DNA from: Hemiscyllium ocellatum
Lineage: Eukaryota
Reading direction: 5' to 3'
Length of the DNA: 64,000 nt
Assembly: GCF_020745735.1 (NCBI RefSeq)
Contig: NC_083409.1
Coordinates: forward strand, 20,470,098 to 20,534,097
A program made the translations under genes and the position numbers. The notes below the pieces were generated by a model. It did no database searches. It worked only from the letters and a program-made list of their open reading frames with translations, and had not been told where the DNA came from. Positions 49,001 through 62,048 of this stretch are shown here, piece by piece (position 1 is the stretch's first letter; every line of letters begins with the position of its first letter).

Positions 49001-49800
49001 TTTGTTCTCAACTTTACCAATCTCAGGTTGAAATCTTTCCTCACTATCTCCCTGGGTCCCACCCGCCCACCTTACTAGTTTAAATCCTCCCGAGCAGCTC
49101 TAGCAAATCTCCCTGACAGTATATTAGTCCCCTTCCAATTCAGGTGCAATCTGTCCTTCTTGTACAGGTCACTTCTACCTCAAAACAGCTTCCAAAGATC
49201 CAAAAATGTGAATCCTTCTCCCATACACCAGCTCCTCAGCCATGCATTCATCTGCCCTATCCTCCTATTCCTGCCCTCACTAGCTCATAGCACCAGCAGT
49301 AATTCAGATATTACTAATCTTGAGGACCTCCTTTTTAAATTCCTGCCTAACTCTCTGCAATCTCCCTTCAGAATCTCAACATTTTCTCTTCTATGTCGTT
49401 GGTTCCAAAGTGTACAATGACCTCCTGCTGGTCCCTCTCCACCTTAAGAACATTCTGCACCCTCCCTGAGACATTCTTGATCCTGGCACCAGGAAGCAAC
49501 ACAACATTCTGGTTTTTCACTGCTGGCCACAGAAATGTCTGTCTGAACCTCGGGCTAGAGAGTCCCCTAACACAGTCGATCATTTGGAACCCGACGTACC
49601 CCCCATTATATTAGAGCCAGTGTCAATACCAGAAACTTGGCTGCTCATGCTAAGTACCCCTGAGTTTCCATCACCCCCTACATTTTCCAAAACAGCATAC
49701 TTGTTTGAAATGGGAATAGCCACAGAAGACTCCTGCACTACTTGCCTACCTCTCTTGCCTTTCGTGGAGTAATGGTAAGAGCCCATGGGATCCAAGGCAT
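46080..49800 (-). mobile_element. Near-full-length decayed CR1
   Basis: Esterase (LLPGARIKNV…VHFGTNDI), PGNCRPVS…SCLTNLIEFF, SKFANDTKI and 3' tail gactctgtgactc. Confidence 0.9.
48281..48404 (-). mobile_element. SINE 5' half embedded in a CR1
   Basis: tRNA-like head only, no tail; flanked by a 43-nt duplication of CR1 sequence. Confidence 0.8.
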
Positions 49801-50199
49801 TTTGGCAAATTGGATCCAAATATGAGGCAAAGAGTGATGGTGGAGGGTTGTCTTTGTGATTGGAAGCCTGTGACCAGTGGTGTAAGACAGGGACTGGGGC
49901 TGGGACCCTTGCTGTTTGTAATGTACATTAACAAATTGACTGTGATTGTATAATTAGAAAGTTTTCAGAGGCCACATAAATTGGTGGTGTTATTGATCTT
50001 GATTTGATTTTTATTTTAGTTTATTGTCACATGTACTCGAGTGCAAAAGTATTGGAGTACAGTGAAAAGTATGTAACGTCACCTCACAAGGTGCCATCTT
50101 ATGTACAAGGACCTCAGTACAGAATTGTTAAGAACAAGGTAGAAAGAAAGAATAAAGTTCAAAGTTACATGTTGCAGATCTTTTTAGTTTTAAGTAGAA

Positions 50200-50757
50200 A
50201 ATGAAGAAATAAAGCTGAAAGTTCAAGTATTAGAGCCTTTCTTAAGAACTCAGCAACCATGGGATCATACTTTAAGTAATCACCTCGAGACCAGAAGTCC
50301 ACGCTGAGGCCTTCCCGGGTGGAGAGACAACCATATACAGAAAGGACCACTATGTGGGATGAGAGACACCCACTCTGGGCCACTCAGAGATCGCTACACT
50401 AGGCCGAGTGACCATCACGCTGGGCTGACAGTCTAGCATGCTGGGCTGAGAGGCCTCCACATCGAACTGAGAGACCATCATGTTGGACCAAGAGTCTGCC
50501 TCATCGGGCTGGAAGGTCTCCCTGCCAGGCCAGGACACTGCCACACCAAGCCAAGGAGCCACATCATGAGGTCTGAACTAGGTCAGAGGCCTGGCGACTG
50601 AGGCTGGGAGTCCGTGTCGGGGAGAAGAAATAAAGAGGAAGGACAAAAGAAAAACACAAAAGAAAAGGATAAGAGAAGTGGAATAGAAAGAAGAAAAGGA
50701 GACAGATGGAGCAGATGAACTCGGGCTGAAGCATCCTACTCTGCTGCCATCTTGGAT
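50200..50757 (-). mobile_element. Possible 5' UTR fragment of a LINE
   Basis: Begins CCAAGATGGCAGCAG (YY1-type start typical of LINE 5' ends) with short internal repeats; family not identified. Confidence 0.35.
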
Positions 50758-51726
50758 TACTGGGTCTCAGGCTACAGTCTGATATTGGTCAGCTGGTAAA
50801 TTGGGCAGAGCAATGGCAGATGGAATTTAATCCTGATACCTCTGAGGTGATCGAACTTGGGAGGTCTAATAAGGGAAGGATATACACAATGAAAGGCATG
50901 TGCCTTGAGTGTCCTTATGCATGAATCACAGAGGGTTGGTCTACAGGTACAACAAGCAATTAGGAAGGCAAATGGAATTTTGTCCTTCATTGCTAAAGGG
51001 ATTGAGTTTAAAAAGCAGGAAGGTTATGTTGCAGCTGTACAGGGTGCTGGTGAGGCCACTCCTGGAGTACTGCGTGCAGTAATGGTCTCCTCACTTGGAA
51101 AAGGCAATACTGGCACGAGAGGGGTGCAGAGAAAGTTCACTCGGCTGATACCGGGGTGGAGGGGGTTGGCTTATGAAGGGAGACTGCGTAGACTGGGATA
51201 TATTCATTGGAACTGAGAAGAATGAGGGGAACCTTATAGAAACAAATAAAATTATAAAGAGAATAGACAAGACAGAAGTAGAGAGGATGTTCTCACTGGC
51301 AGGTGAAACTAAAACAAGAGGGTTTAACCTCAAAATTAGGGGGAGCAGATTTAGGAATGAATTGAGAAGGAACTTCTTCACCCAGAGGGTCATAAATCTA
51401 TGAAATTCCTTGCTCAATGAAGAAATTGATGCTACTTCAGTAAATGTTTTAAAGCTAAGACAGATTTTTTTTAACAATAAAGGAATTCAGAGATACAGTG
51501 AGAGCAAATGCCAGGTCTTGCACTTTAGTAAAAATAATACAGGCATGGACAATTTTCTAAACGGTGAGAAAATTCATAAAGCCAAAGTACAACGGGATCT
51601 GGGAATGCTTGTCCTGGATTCTCTAAAGGTTAACTTGCAGGTTGAATCCGTGGTTAAGAAAGCAAATGTAATGTTGTCATTCATCTCAAGAGCTGAAAAA
51701 TGTGTTGCTGAAAATGCACAGCAGGA

Positions 51727-51756
51727 ATGAAGAAGGGCTTATGCCCGAAACGTCAA
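51727..51756 (+). ncRNA. Degenerate PLE hammerhead motif
   Basis: ATGAAGA-a-gggc(ttat)gccc-GAAA-CGTC; C3 lost. Confidence 0.6.
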
Positions 51757-52868
51757 TTCTCCTGCTCCTTGGATGCTGCCTGACCTGCTGTGCTTTTCTA
51801 GCATCAGATTTTTCAGCTCTGATCTCCAGCATCTGCAGTCCTCACTTTCTCCTAATTTATTTCAAGAGGGTTGGAATGTATAATGAGTTGTGCTACAGAG
51901 ACTTTATAAAGCTCTGGTTAGGCCCCATTTAGTCCAGTTTTGGGCCCCACACCTCAGGAAGGACATATTGACACTGGACCGTGTCCAGTGGAGATTCACA
52001 CGGATGATCCCTGGAATGGTAAGCCTAATATATGATGAACGGCTGAGGATCATGGTATTGTATTCATTCGAAGTTCGAAGGGGAGATTTACTAGAAACTT
52101 ACAAGATAATGCATGGCTTTGAAAGGGTGGATGCTGGGAAATTGTTTCCATTAGGTGGGGGTACTAGGACCCGTGGGCACAGCCTTAGATTTAGAGGGGG
52201 TCAGTTTAAAACAGAACTGAGGAGACATTTCTTCAGCTAGAGAGTGATGGGCCTTTGGAATTCATTGCCACAGAGCGCAGTGGCGGCTGAAATATTAAAT
52301 GTCTTCAAGGCAGAGATTGATAAATTCTTAATCTTGCAATGAATACAGGGCTACAGGGAGAGTGTGGGTAACTGTCGTTAAATGCCCATCACCCATGATT
52401 GAATGACGAAGTGGACTCGATGGGCCAAATGGCCTTACTTCCACTCCTTTGTCTTATGGACTTATGTGGAGCTGAGTCCATGAAAAGATCAGCCATGGTC
52501 TTATTGAATGGCAGAGCAGGGTTGAAGGAACACTTGGCCTACTCCTGCTCCTAGTTCTTATGTTCTTATGTTCCTTGGGAGTACTGAGGAACAAAGGGAC
52601 CTTGGTTTACAAGTCCATCAATCCCGGAAGGTATCAGCACAGCGAGACAAGGTGGTGAAGAAGGCATATGGGATGCTTGCCATCATTAGAAAAAATAATA
52701 CCGGCATGGACAATTTTCTAAACGGTGAGAAAATTCATAAAGTCAAAGTACAAAGTGATCTAGGAATGCTAGTTCCCGGATTCTCTAACGGTTAACTTGC
52801 AGGTTGAATCCATGGTTAAGAAAGCAAATGTAGTGTTGTCATTTATCTCAAGAGCTGAAAAAGAGCCA

Positions 52869-52902
52869 TTCCTGAAGAAGGGCTTATGCCCAAAATGTCG
52901 AA
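52869..52902 (+). ncRNA. Degenerate PLE hammerhead motif
   Basis: ttc-CTGAAGA-a-gggc(ttat)gccc-AAAA-TGTC-gaa; the GAAA box is mutated. Confidence 0.6.
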
Positions 52903-53564
52903 ATTCCCGTTCCTTGTATGCTGCCTGACCTGCTGCGCTTTTCCAGCAACACATTTTCAACTGCTTGCCATCACTAGCCAGGGTGTAGAATATAGGAAGT
53001 AGAAATGCTTGTTGTTATCTGAGAGAGCACTGGTTAGGTCATGTCTGGAATATAGTGCACATTTCTGGTCATGACACTGTTGGAAGAACATGATTGGACT
53101 GGAGAGGATGCAGAGGAGATTAACCAGACTATTCCCTGGGATGGAAAGTGTTCGTTATGAGGAGAGACTGTGTTTCTTTCAGATAGACTGTATATGTTTT
53201 CTCTGGGGGGAGATCTGATTGAGGTATACAAAAATATGAAAGACATAGACAAAGTCAATTGTGAGAATCTTTTCCCCATGTCAGACATGTCTATGACCAG
53301 AGGGAATAAGCTTACCGTGTGAAAAAGTGGTTTAGAGGGGTTTTGAGGACTTTTTTCCCCTAGAGGGTGGTAGAAATATGGAATGTGCAGCTTGAGAAGC
53401 TCCTCTCACAACATTTAAGAAACATCCAGACGAGCACAGAAAATGCCAGGGCATGGAAGGCAATGGACCAAGTGCAGGTCAATGGAGTTTGGTGATTACT
53501 GATTGGCATCAACATGTCGACAAACAGAAGGGCCTGTTTGTTTGTTGTATGACTCTATGACTAT

Positions 53565-56550
53565 GAAGAGAAGGATGTGGAAGCATTTTTCATGTTGTTT
53601 CAGAAGATAGCAACACAAGTGAGGTGGGAAAAACAGGTTGGACCTTGTCCATGCAAAAATGAACTTGGGAAGCACAAGAGGTTTCTACATCCCTGTCAGA
53701 GAAATGTTCTCAGGATCATGAGGAGGTGAAAACGGCTATTCTAAGCACATATGAGTTGGCTCCAGAAACATACAGACAGATGTTTCAGAACTTACACAAA
53801 CAGCCTGGACAAACCTGTACTGAGTTTAAGAGAGTTTAACAAAATAATGTTGACAGGTGGATAAGAGCATTAACAGCTGAGAATACTTACAATGCTCTCA
53901 GAGAAGTTATCCTTTGAGAAGTTAAAACTTCCTTCCCTTCTAGAATCAGAATTCATGTAGATGACCAAAGGGGAACGACAGTAAGACAAACAGCTAGAAT
54001 GGCTAATGATTATAGACCTTGTTAAAACAAAAACCCTGCAAATGCTGGAATCCAAAGTAGACAAACAGGAAGCTGGAAGAGCATAACAAGCCAAGCAGCA
54101 TCAGGAGGTGGAGAAGTCACCTGATGGGAGACCGATCCAGAAACCTTTTTCCCATCAGGCCCAGAAATGGGAGAAAAATAAAAATTGGGAGAGTCTAAGG
54201 AAGGTAGATAGCCAGGGGAGAGAATGGACAGGAGGGAACAGCCCGAGAACTCCTCCTCAGAGAAAGAAGGAAATTGCTGAGAGTGGAAGTGATGATCAGA
54301 AGCTGAAATGTTTCTCTTGGAATAAGGTGGGCCATGTATGTTTGGAATGTTGGAAGTTGAGGCAAACCCATGGGATTTATGGGAGTTAGTAAAATGAGTC
54401 AGAGAAGGGAACACAGACAGATAATCCCACGGAGTAGGTTGTAGCTGTAACTATAACAAAAAGGCCGGAGGTGAATTCTGTCATTAGTAAAGGAAGTTGT
54501 CAGGTAGATGAGAGGTGGACAGGACTTTTATCAAAAGGAATGGCGACTCCTTTTTCTTCAGCTAAACCCAGAACCAAACTGAGAGATACAGGAGCAACAC
54601 AGTCACTTTTACTGGAGAAATAATTGGTTTTCCCTCCAGAGAGCTCGATGGGAGCTAAGGTATTAATCAGTGGGATTAGTGGAGAATATGTTCCACTTCC
54701 ATTGTATACAGTACAACTGGAATGTGATTTGTTATCAGGAGAAGTAATTGTCGGAATGGGAAAACATTCCCTGTTGAGGGAGTCGATTTCCTTCTGGGGA
54801 ATTGTTGTCAGGACTAAAGGCAGTAGCTTCCCCGATAATTACAGAATGTCCAAAGGAGGGCCAAGAAACAGAACAATGACAGGAACAGGTTCCTGGTCTC
54901 TCTCCTTCGTGTGAGGTAACCAGGGCCATGGTTAAACAAAATCCATCAATAAGGGTTGATGTGACATCACAGCAAGTGAAAGGATCACTGAAACTTTCTG
55001 AAAGGGTGAAGATAATCCAGGTGGAGTGGTTGGTATGATGTCACTAATTACAGCAGATCCAAAAAGCAGATCCTGAATGAAATAAATGAGCACAGTCAGC
55101 TCATACTGAGGTCGAGGCTGAAGGAGTTTCAGAGTGTTATTGTGTTCAGAATGGAGCGCTGATGAGGACGTGGAGACCCCCTCATAGACCCCCAGATGAA
55201 GAATGGTCAGTTAGACATTGCCTAGAGGTCCCACCCAGCTATCATAGGGAGATAGTACAAGGGGCACATGAGACTCCCATGGCAGGTCACATGGGGATTT
55301 GGAAAACACAGGCACCCAGAAACAGGTATTTTACTGAGCCACAATTGGATAAAGATGTGGTGCATTTTAATAAAACGTGTCTTACTTGTCAAGTTATAGG
55401 TAAACCTCAATACAAAACCAGCATCCTTAATTCCTCTCCCAGTTTTTGAGGAACCATCCCATCATGTACAGGTTTGTCAAGTAGTGAGTATAATAGAGGA
55501 GGGGATCAGAAAAAGCTTGAGATCAAAAAAGACCTGGGCACTTCCCAAAGGAAACTTCCTGTTATTAGATGAACAAATTCAGAGATATTTGAGACTTCAG
55601 ACACTGCATTTTTGAATCTGGAGAAAGATCAACAGGTAGATTCAGTGAGGCTGCTCAGACAATACAAAGATGAGGAGTCGTTGAGGACTTTGGTTCTGTA
55701 CTTGATGGAATTTAGAAAGATGAGAGGGAATGTCATTGAAACTTACAGAATACAGGGTGGCCTGGATAGAGTGGACATGGAGATGTTTCTAATGATAGGA
55801 GATTTGGAGACCCGGGGGCACAGCCTCAGAGTGAAGAGATGATCTTTGGAACTGAGTTGAGAAGGAATTTCTTCAGCCAGAGTGTCATTAATCTGTGGAA
55901 CTGCAGAGGGCCTTGGAGGCCAATTCATTGAGTGTATTTAAGAAAGAGATAGATTGGCTCTTGATTGGTCAAGGGATCAAGATTTACAGGGAAAAGGGAA
56001 GAGATTGGGGCTGAGAAACATTATCAACTGTAAATGACCAGGCCTGATGGGCCAAATGGCCCAATTCTGCTCATTTATCTTGTGGACTTGTATAGATACA
56101 CTAATATCTATCACATGAATCAAATATAACATGAATTTGGTAATTCAGACAAAATAAAACAAAAACCAACCGAAACCGGCAATGGAACAGAGGGCATCCA
56201 TGTTGGAGAATCAGCTGATTGAACCATATCAGAGTAATTGGCGTTCTCCTGTCGTATTGGCTCCTGAACCAAACTGTTCAATTTAATTCTGGGTAGATTC
56301 GAGGAATGTGAGTCTCGTCACAAAACCAGATTCATTCCCTATTCCCAGCTGAGAAGGTTGTATGGAGAGAGTTTGTAGTATATCATTCTTGTATAAAATT
56401 GATTTGTTAAAAGGATATTGACAAGAACTCACTGATAACTAGAACTAATTGAGTTTCTGTATTTATCACACCTAATGGATTATACCCAATGGCAAGTTTT
56501 GCTATGTGGACTTAACAGCTCTCCAGGCACATTTGAATGATTATTGTGAA
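53565..56550 (+). mobile_element. Decayed Gmr1-like Gypsy LTR retrotransposon (gag with SCAN-like domain, Zn knuckle, protease, integrase, RT)
   Basis: Hand translation: DVEAFFMLFQKIA…YELAPETYRQMFQNL…DRW (53570-53900); KCFSWNKVGHVCLEC (~54305); RDTGATQSLLL (~54583); HETPMAGHMG…CLTC (55162-55449); IEPYQSNWRSPVVL…KPDSFPIP…IDLLKGY*Q…FITPNGLY (56200-56545). Stops and frameshifts throughout; interrupted by a pLTR (54022-54120) and a CR1 (55660-56080). Confidence 0.88.
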
Positions 56551-57199
56551 AGTGAACAAGGTCACACTCCCCCACATTACATTCCATCTGCCCAATATTT
56601 CTTCAAAGCCCAGCTGTATCTAATATTCAGCAGGATGGACCTTCACTGAGAAATAGCCATTTGTAACTAGAATAATGATATCTCTGAGAATCACATTAAT
56701 AATTGTTTTTATTGAAGCTTTCATAAGTTCTGTGTTGATTGACACAATGCTCTGGTTTGGGCTTTGCTGTCTGTACAAACCATCTGTAATGTCTTTGCTG
56801 CAATGGTTCACATTTACATCATCAAAGTCACACTCCAAATATCCCGTCATTATTCTCCATGGGATTCACTGGCATTGGCTCAGATCGAACTCCCAGCAGC
56901 TGAAATGGAGGGAGGGGTGCGGCTTAGAGAGCAAGAGATGGAGCACAGGGAGAGAAAGAGAGAGAGAGAGAGAGCACTAAAAGAGAGGGGGATAGAGCTT
57001 GGACAGAGAAAGAGGGATGGAACTCAGAGTGAGATCTGTGCAGCTGAGTTAGAGAGGGGTGGGGAGAGAGAGTGAGAGAGAGAGAGATGGAGTCAATGAG
57101 TTGTATGTGAAAGATAAATTATACTCTGTTAAAGATTGCACTGAATGTTGACTCTCTGACTCTATGAACACTACCCACAAAGCTGTCTATCTCTGTGTC

Positions 57200-59720
57200 A
57201 TTAGCAAACTAGAGTATCTGACTTTCTATGCCATTATCCAATGCATTAATAAATAATGTAAATAATTGAGGTGTGCACACACATTCCTATTGGGCACCAC
57301 TGGTCACATCCTGCCAATTTCAGCATTTATCCATGATCCCTATTTTCTGTCACCTGTCACTCAACCAATTTCGGTATGGCAGTATTTTAGCCTCAATTCT
57401 GTGGATTTCTAACTAAGTTGACAGTTTCTTACATGGGATTTTATCAAATGCCTTCTGGAAGTCCCTATAAACAACATCCATTGACATCACTGTGTCTAGT
57501 AATTTTGTTTCCTCTTCAAAAATGTTCAATGAGATTTTTCACCATGACCAACTTGTCATGAATCCATGCTGATGCTCCTGACCATTTTCAAGGTCTTCAG
57601 TTACCCCTATCCTTGATTATAGAGGACAACAATTTCCACACCACAAACATTGACTTACTGGCCTGTAATTCCCTGGCTTTTCTCTGACATCCTTGTTAAA
57701 TGTGAAATGAAATTTGCAATTTTCCAATTCAGAGGTACGACTCCTGAATCCAGGTAACTCTGAAAGATTATAGTCAGGGTGTCTGCAATGTTTTCTATTA
57801 CTACTTTATCACCCTCAGGTCCTGAGGATTTGTCACTCTTTAGTTCCATTATTTTCCTTATTACACATGTTATATTGACATTAACTTTATTCAGGTGACA
57901 CAGTGGTTAGCAATGCGGCCTCATAGCACCGCGGCCTCATAGCACCAGGGTCCCAGGTTCAATTCCAGCCTCGGGCAACTGCCTGTGGGGAGTTTGCACA
58001 TTGTCTGCATGGGTTTCCTCCTACTGTACAAAGATGTGCAGGTCAGGTGAATTGGCCATACTAAATTGCCCATAGTGTTAAGTGCATTAGTCAGAGAGAA
58101 AATGGGTCTGGGTGGATTACTCTTCGGAGGGTCAGTGTGGACTGGTTGGGACAAAAGGCACGTTTGCACACTGCAGGGAATCTAATCAGTCCCTGACACA
58201 GATCCTCTGTTAATTCCTTTGGGACTTCAGGCAAGTCCTCTTCCTTTTCGACGGCAAATCTTGAGGTAAAGTATTTACTTACCATGTCTGTCATTTCCCC
58301 ATTGTCACTGACAATATCCCTCACTTTCAGTCTTTCATGGCCAACATTGCTCCTGACCTCCCAGCTTCCCTTTCATGGAACTGTAACATTTCTCCTTATT
58401 GATTTTGTTATCCCTTACATGTTTCCTTTCAGAATCCCTTTTGGTAGCTCTTAGAAGCTGATATGGGGCCCTTTTGTATCCTTCCCATTCAGTGGAATCT
58501 GTCCTTTTTTTTTGCTTTTCTGTAAGCCTTTTTTTAACATTTTATTCTTTCCCTGATCTCTTTAATTGACCATTGTTGTTTGTTCACTTTTCCCTCTCAG
58601 GTATAAACTGGCTTTGTTTTGCGTTGAATGTTCCTTTAAATATTCCCCACTGTTCTTCAGTTGTTTTACCCATGAGCAGATTTTCCCAGTTTACTGTGGA
58701 CAGTCTCTGTCGCATCTCGTTAAAGTCGGCCCTTACCTTAATCTCAAACTCTAGCAGCTGATTCATGCTTTTACTTTCAAATGCGACACTGAACTAGATC
58801 ATGTTATGATCACTATTTGATAAATGTTCATCTACAAGTAGTTTCAAACTAAATCTGGCTCATTATTCATTACTAATTCCAATATTGCTTGTCCCCTTGT
58901 TGTATCCAGGACCTATTGCTGTTGGAAACTATTCTGGACACACAGCAGCAATTCACTACCTTTCTGACAGAGGGCTTGTCTGTCTCCCAATCTCAGTTAA
59001 AGTTAAACCTCCCCATTAATAATACACTGGCTTTGCTACACACTTGTCTAATTCCTCCATTTATATCATCCAGCACCTCAGAGCTGCTGTCAGGGGGGTC
59101 TGTATCCAACATCTATTAGTTTTAGATCCTTTCCTGCTCCTCAGTTCCACTGAATGTTTTCTCCTCATTATGACCTCCCTCACCATTGAAGCCATTTTTT
59201 CCCTCATCAATAAAGCTGCTCCACCTCTTCTGCCATTTCCCCATATCCATCCTGTGAACCTTTTAACACGATAGATATCGTTCCCAATCTGAATGACTCT
59301 GCAACTGTGTCTCAGTAATTGATCCGATACCACAATCTTAAATTTGAATTTGTGCCTGCAGATTATTGTATTTATTCCTTATGTTCCGTGCATTCATATA
59401 TAGGACTCTTATTTGGTCTATTCACTGGAATCTGTTCCTCAGCACTAATGCTGTATTCACCTCTTTCTTATTTCTCTCCATCTGTTTAATCAATATCCTT
59501 CTGATAGCTTTCCTGATATTGTCCAAATAGGACCTTTTGCCGATTTTTGCTGATGTTGTTGGTCCCAACACAGACAACAACAACTGGATCCTCAACACCG
59601 CCACCGCCTCCACCCCCGCACCCCCCCCCAACCCGGCACGCCCCCAAGTCTGTTATAATTAAAAGCTGGCTCGAGATGCCCTTACCATGAAACCAGGCAG
59701 GCAACTCCCCATGTGGGGCT
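57200..59720 (-). mobile_element. Internally deleted CR1 (esterase, endonuclease, RT pieces)
   Basis: DPVVVVCVGTNNI; RRGGAALL; KSDKSSGP…VPLNWKIAN. Confidence 0.8.
57894..58185 (+). mobile_element. HE1-like SINE with 16-nt tandem duplication in its head
   Basis: gacacagtggttagc… head; gcggcctcatagcacc twice at 57915-57946; inserted in a CR1. Confidence 0.85.
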
Positions 59721-60985
59721 CTCAATCCTGCTCACAAAGGATGCTATCAGTTCCCTTCATTATCAAGACCCCTCTTTTCTTTGTGCTCCCCCAGTCTGAG
59801 TGGCCTCCTGGACCATGGTGCAGTGGTTTCCTTCATTCATTCATAGGAAATGGACATCTCTGGCCAAGCCAGCAATGACTGCCCGTAGGAGTCATCGAAT
59901 CATAGAATCCATACCGTGTGAAACAGGCCATTCAGACCAATGAGTCCACACCAACATTCTGAAGAGCATCCCACCCAGACTTGTCTCCCTACCTTATCCC
60001 TGTAAATCTGCATCTCCCATGGCTAATGCACCTAACCTACACATCCCTACATTTTCCTCAGTTGAGACATTATAATTTCTGCTCTATCTTTATCTTTTTA
60101 TATCATGACTTTGAAACTTACAGAGTTATGGTCACCATCACCAAAATCCTCAAACTACATTTGCCCATTCTCCCGACAATCCTTTTCCTCATTGACACAG
60201 GGAGCAAGTACCTCATTCCTGTTGGACAAGGAGCTGAGGCACCTGTAAGGCTAAATCCAGGCTGCATCGACCTGTTCACTTTTGGTCACACCCTCCTGTC
60301 CCTGACCACTAGCCATAATTTGAAGTATTTAATCTACAAGGTGTGACTGTCTCCCCAAACACTGTGTCCAGGTAACTCTCCCCCTCCCTGATGTGTCACA
60401 GTATTTGAAGCTCAGGTTCCAGCTCATCAACTCGGAGCTGGAGTGCCTTGAGCAACCAACACTTGCTGTAGATGTGGTCACTCTGAGCTACAATGGGCTC
60501 CACCAGCTTCCCCATCGTACAATTACTACACATCGCCTGGCCCTGTATGTGGGAAATTATTTGAGGAGTTTTTAATTTATATTTTAAAATTTGCTGCTGG
60601 TCTTTAGTTTTTAATCTGTAAAATATTTCCGTCCAGGAGACAGAGAAGGTGCCAGCACAGGAGGAGGCTGTTCAGCCCCTCGTGTCAGTGCTAGCTGTTT
60701 ACGAGCCTCAATTACAATGAACATCTCCATTGAATGTCTGTTGTCAGGAAGTGATTGAGTCTGTTTTTAGAGACAGAATAACGGACAAATATGAACTGGT
60801 CCGAGAGAGTCAGCATGGATTGACAAAGGTTCAGACATCTTTAACTAACCGGGTTACACTTAGTTAGGAGATCACTAGTGTGGGATATAAGGGAATGTCG
60901 ATGGCTATTGTCTATAGGGAATTCCAAAAAACATTTAAGAATATTCCACAAAAGAAACATTGATTCAGATCTTACACTCCACAAC

Positions 60986-61090
60986 CATCTGATGAAGGAG
61001 CAGCGCTCCAAACGCTGATGCTTCCAAACAAACCTGTTGCATTAGAACCTGGTGTTCTGTGATTTTTAACATTTACATGACAGTCCAACA
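60986..61090 (+). mobile_element. Second-family PLE pLTR fragment with degenerate hammerhead
   Basis: CTGATGA-a-ggagc(agc)gctcc-AAAC then cttccaaacaaacctgttg…aacctggtgtt; related copies at ~3890-3965 (minus) and 21253-21421. Confidence 0.6.
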
Positions 61091-61129
61091 CTGGCATCTC
61101 CAAATCATGGAATTGGATGGAATTTGGGA

Positions 61130-62048
61130 AATGCATTTACCTTGGGTCAGGAATGTGTCTGTCTAGGAGACAGAGAGAAAGGATAATGTGCATGTGTTCC
61201 AATGAGCCAGATGTAAGTAGTGGTATTCCCAGGGATCTGTGCTGGGACCTCAGCTTTTCACGATATTTCTCAATGACTTGGATGAAGAAACAGAGAGCCA
61301 TATATCCAAGATTATTGATCACACTGAGTGAGGCAATTTGGAGGAGGTCACAGTGATAGGGAGGGTGGAAGAACAGGGAGCAGATTGAGAACAAGGATGA
61401 GAATTTGAAAATCGAGGTGTTGCTGGACCAGGAGCTTATGTCAGTCAGTGAGGATTGTGGTGGTTATGGTGGGGTGGGGAGGCGTGGGCAGGAGTATGGG
61501 GTGGACTTGGGGTGAGTTTGAACACAGACAGCAGAGTTTGGGATGAGCTGATGTTTACGGAAGTCAGTGGCTGTGATGTGGGCCTGGATAACATTAGAAT
61601 GATCACAAAAACATGGTTGAGATTTTCAGTGGCCGATAATTGCGATGTGGAGGACTTGGGCCTCAAACCAGCCCCAAAGATGAGGCCAAAGTTATAAAGA
61701 GTCTGGTTGAGCAGCAGACAGTGCTCAGGGAGAGGGATGGAGCTTGTACCAGGAGCTGAAGAGGATGGCTTTGATCTTCCCAATGTGTTTCACAGTGAGC
61801 CTGGCTCCTCAGTCCTGACTGCTCTTAGCTGCTGTGATTGTCACTGATTGGACACTTATTATTAGAGATTCTGACCACAGCAGAAAGCCCCAGTGTAAAA
61901 AATAACTGCAAAGACTGTCAGAGCACAAGGTTGAAACTTCACCAAGAGAGGAAGTGAAAGAAGGAGCTCGGAGCAGCTGGATGTTTGTTACTGAGACGGG
62001 AGAAAACTGTGAACCATCTGCACTCCCTGGAATCTGACAGCACAGGAG
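61130..62048. repeat. Right copy of the ~0.9 kb inverted duplication
   Basis: Reverse complement of 36592-37490; includes the motif-rich unique segment plus shared LINE-derived flank. Confidence 0.95.
61847..61979. promoter_or_regulatory. Candidate B-cell enhancer, copy 2
   Basis: ATTGG 61847-61851, TTATTATTAG 61856-61865, ACCACA 61874-61879, GGAAGTGAAA 61950-61959, CAGCTG 61974-61979. Confidence 0.55.

Larger units (their letters stand above)
50760..53560 (+). mobile_element. Stack of nested CR1 3' fragments with pLTR insertions
   Basis: Repeated LVRPHL/RRGDLLETYK/RTRGHSL motifs in ORFs 50905-52240 and 52568-53288. Confidence 0.85.

Noticed and set aside
56675-56980. Hydrophobic ORF starting MIS, resembling the V leader
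   Set aside because: No similarity beyond three residues, no V exon or RSS downstream, and it runs into a GA microsatellite.
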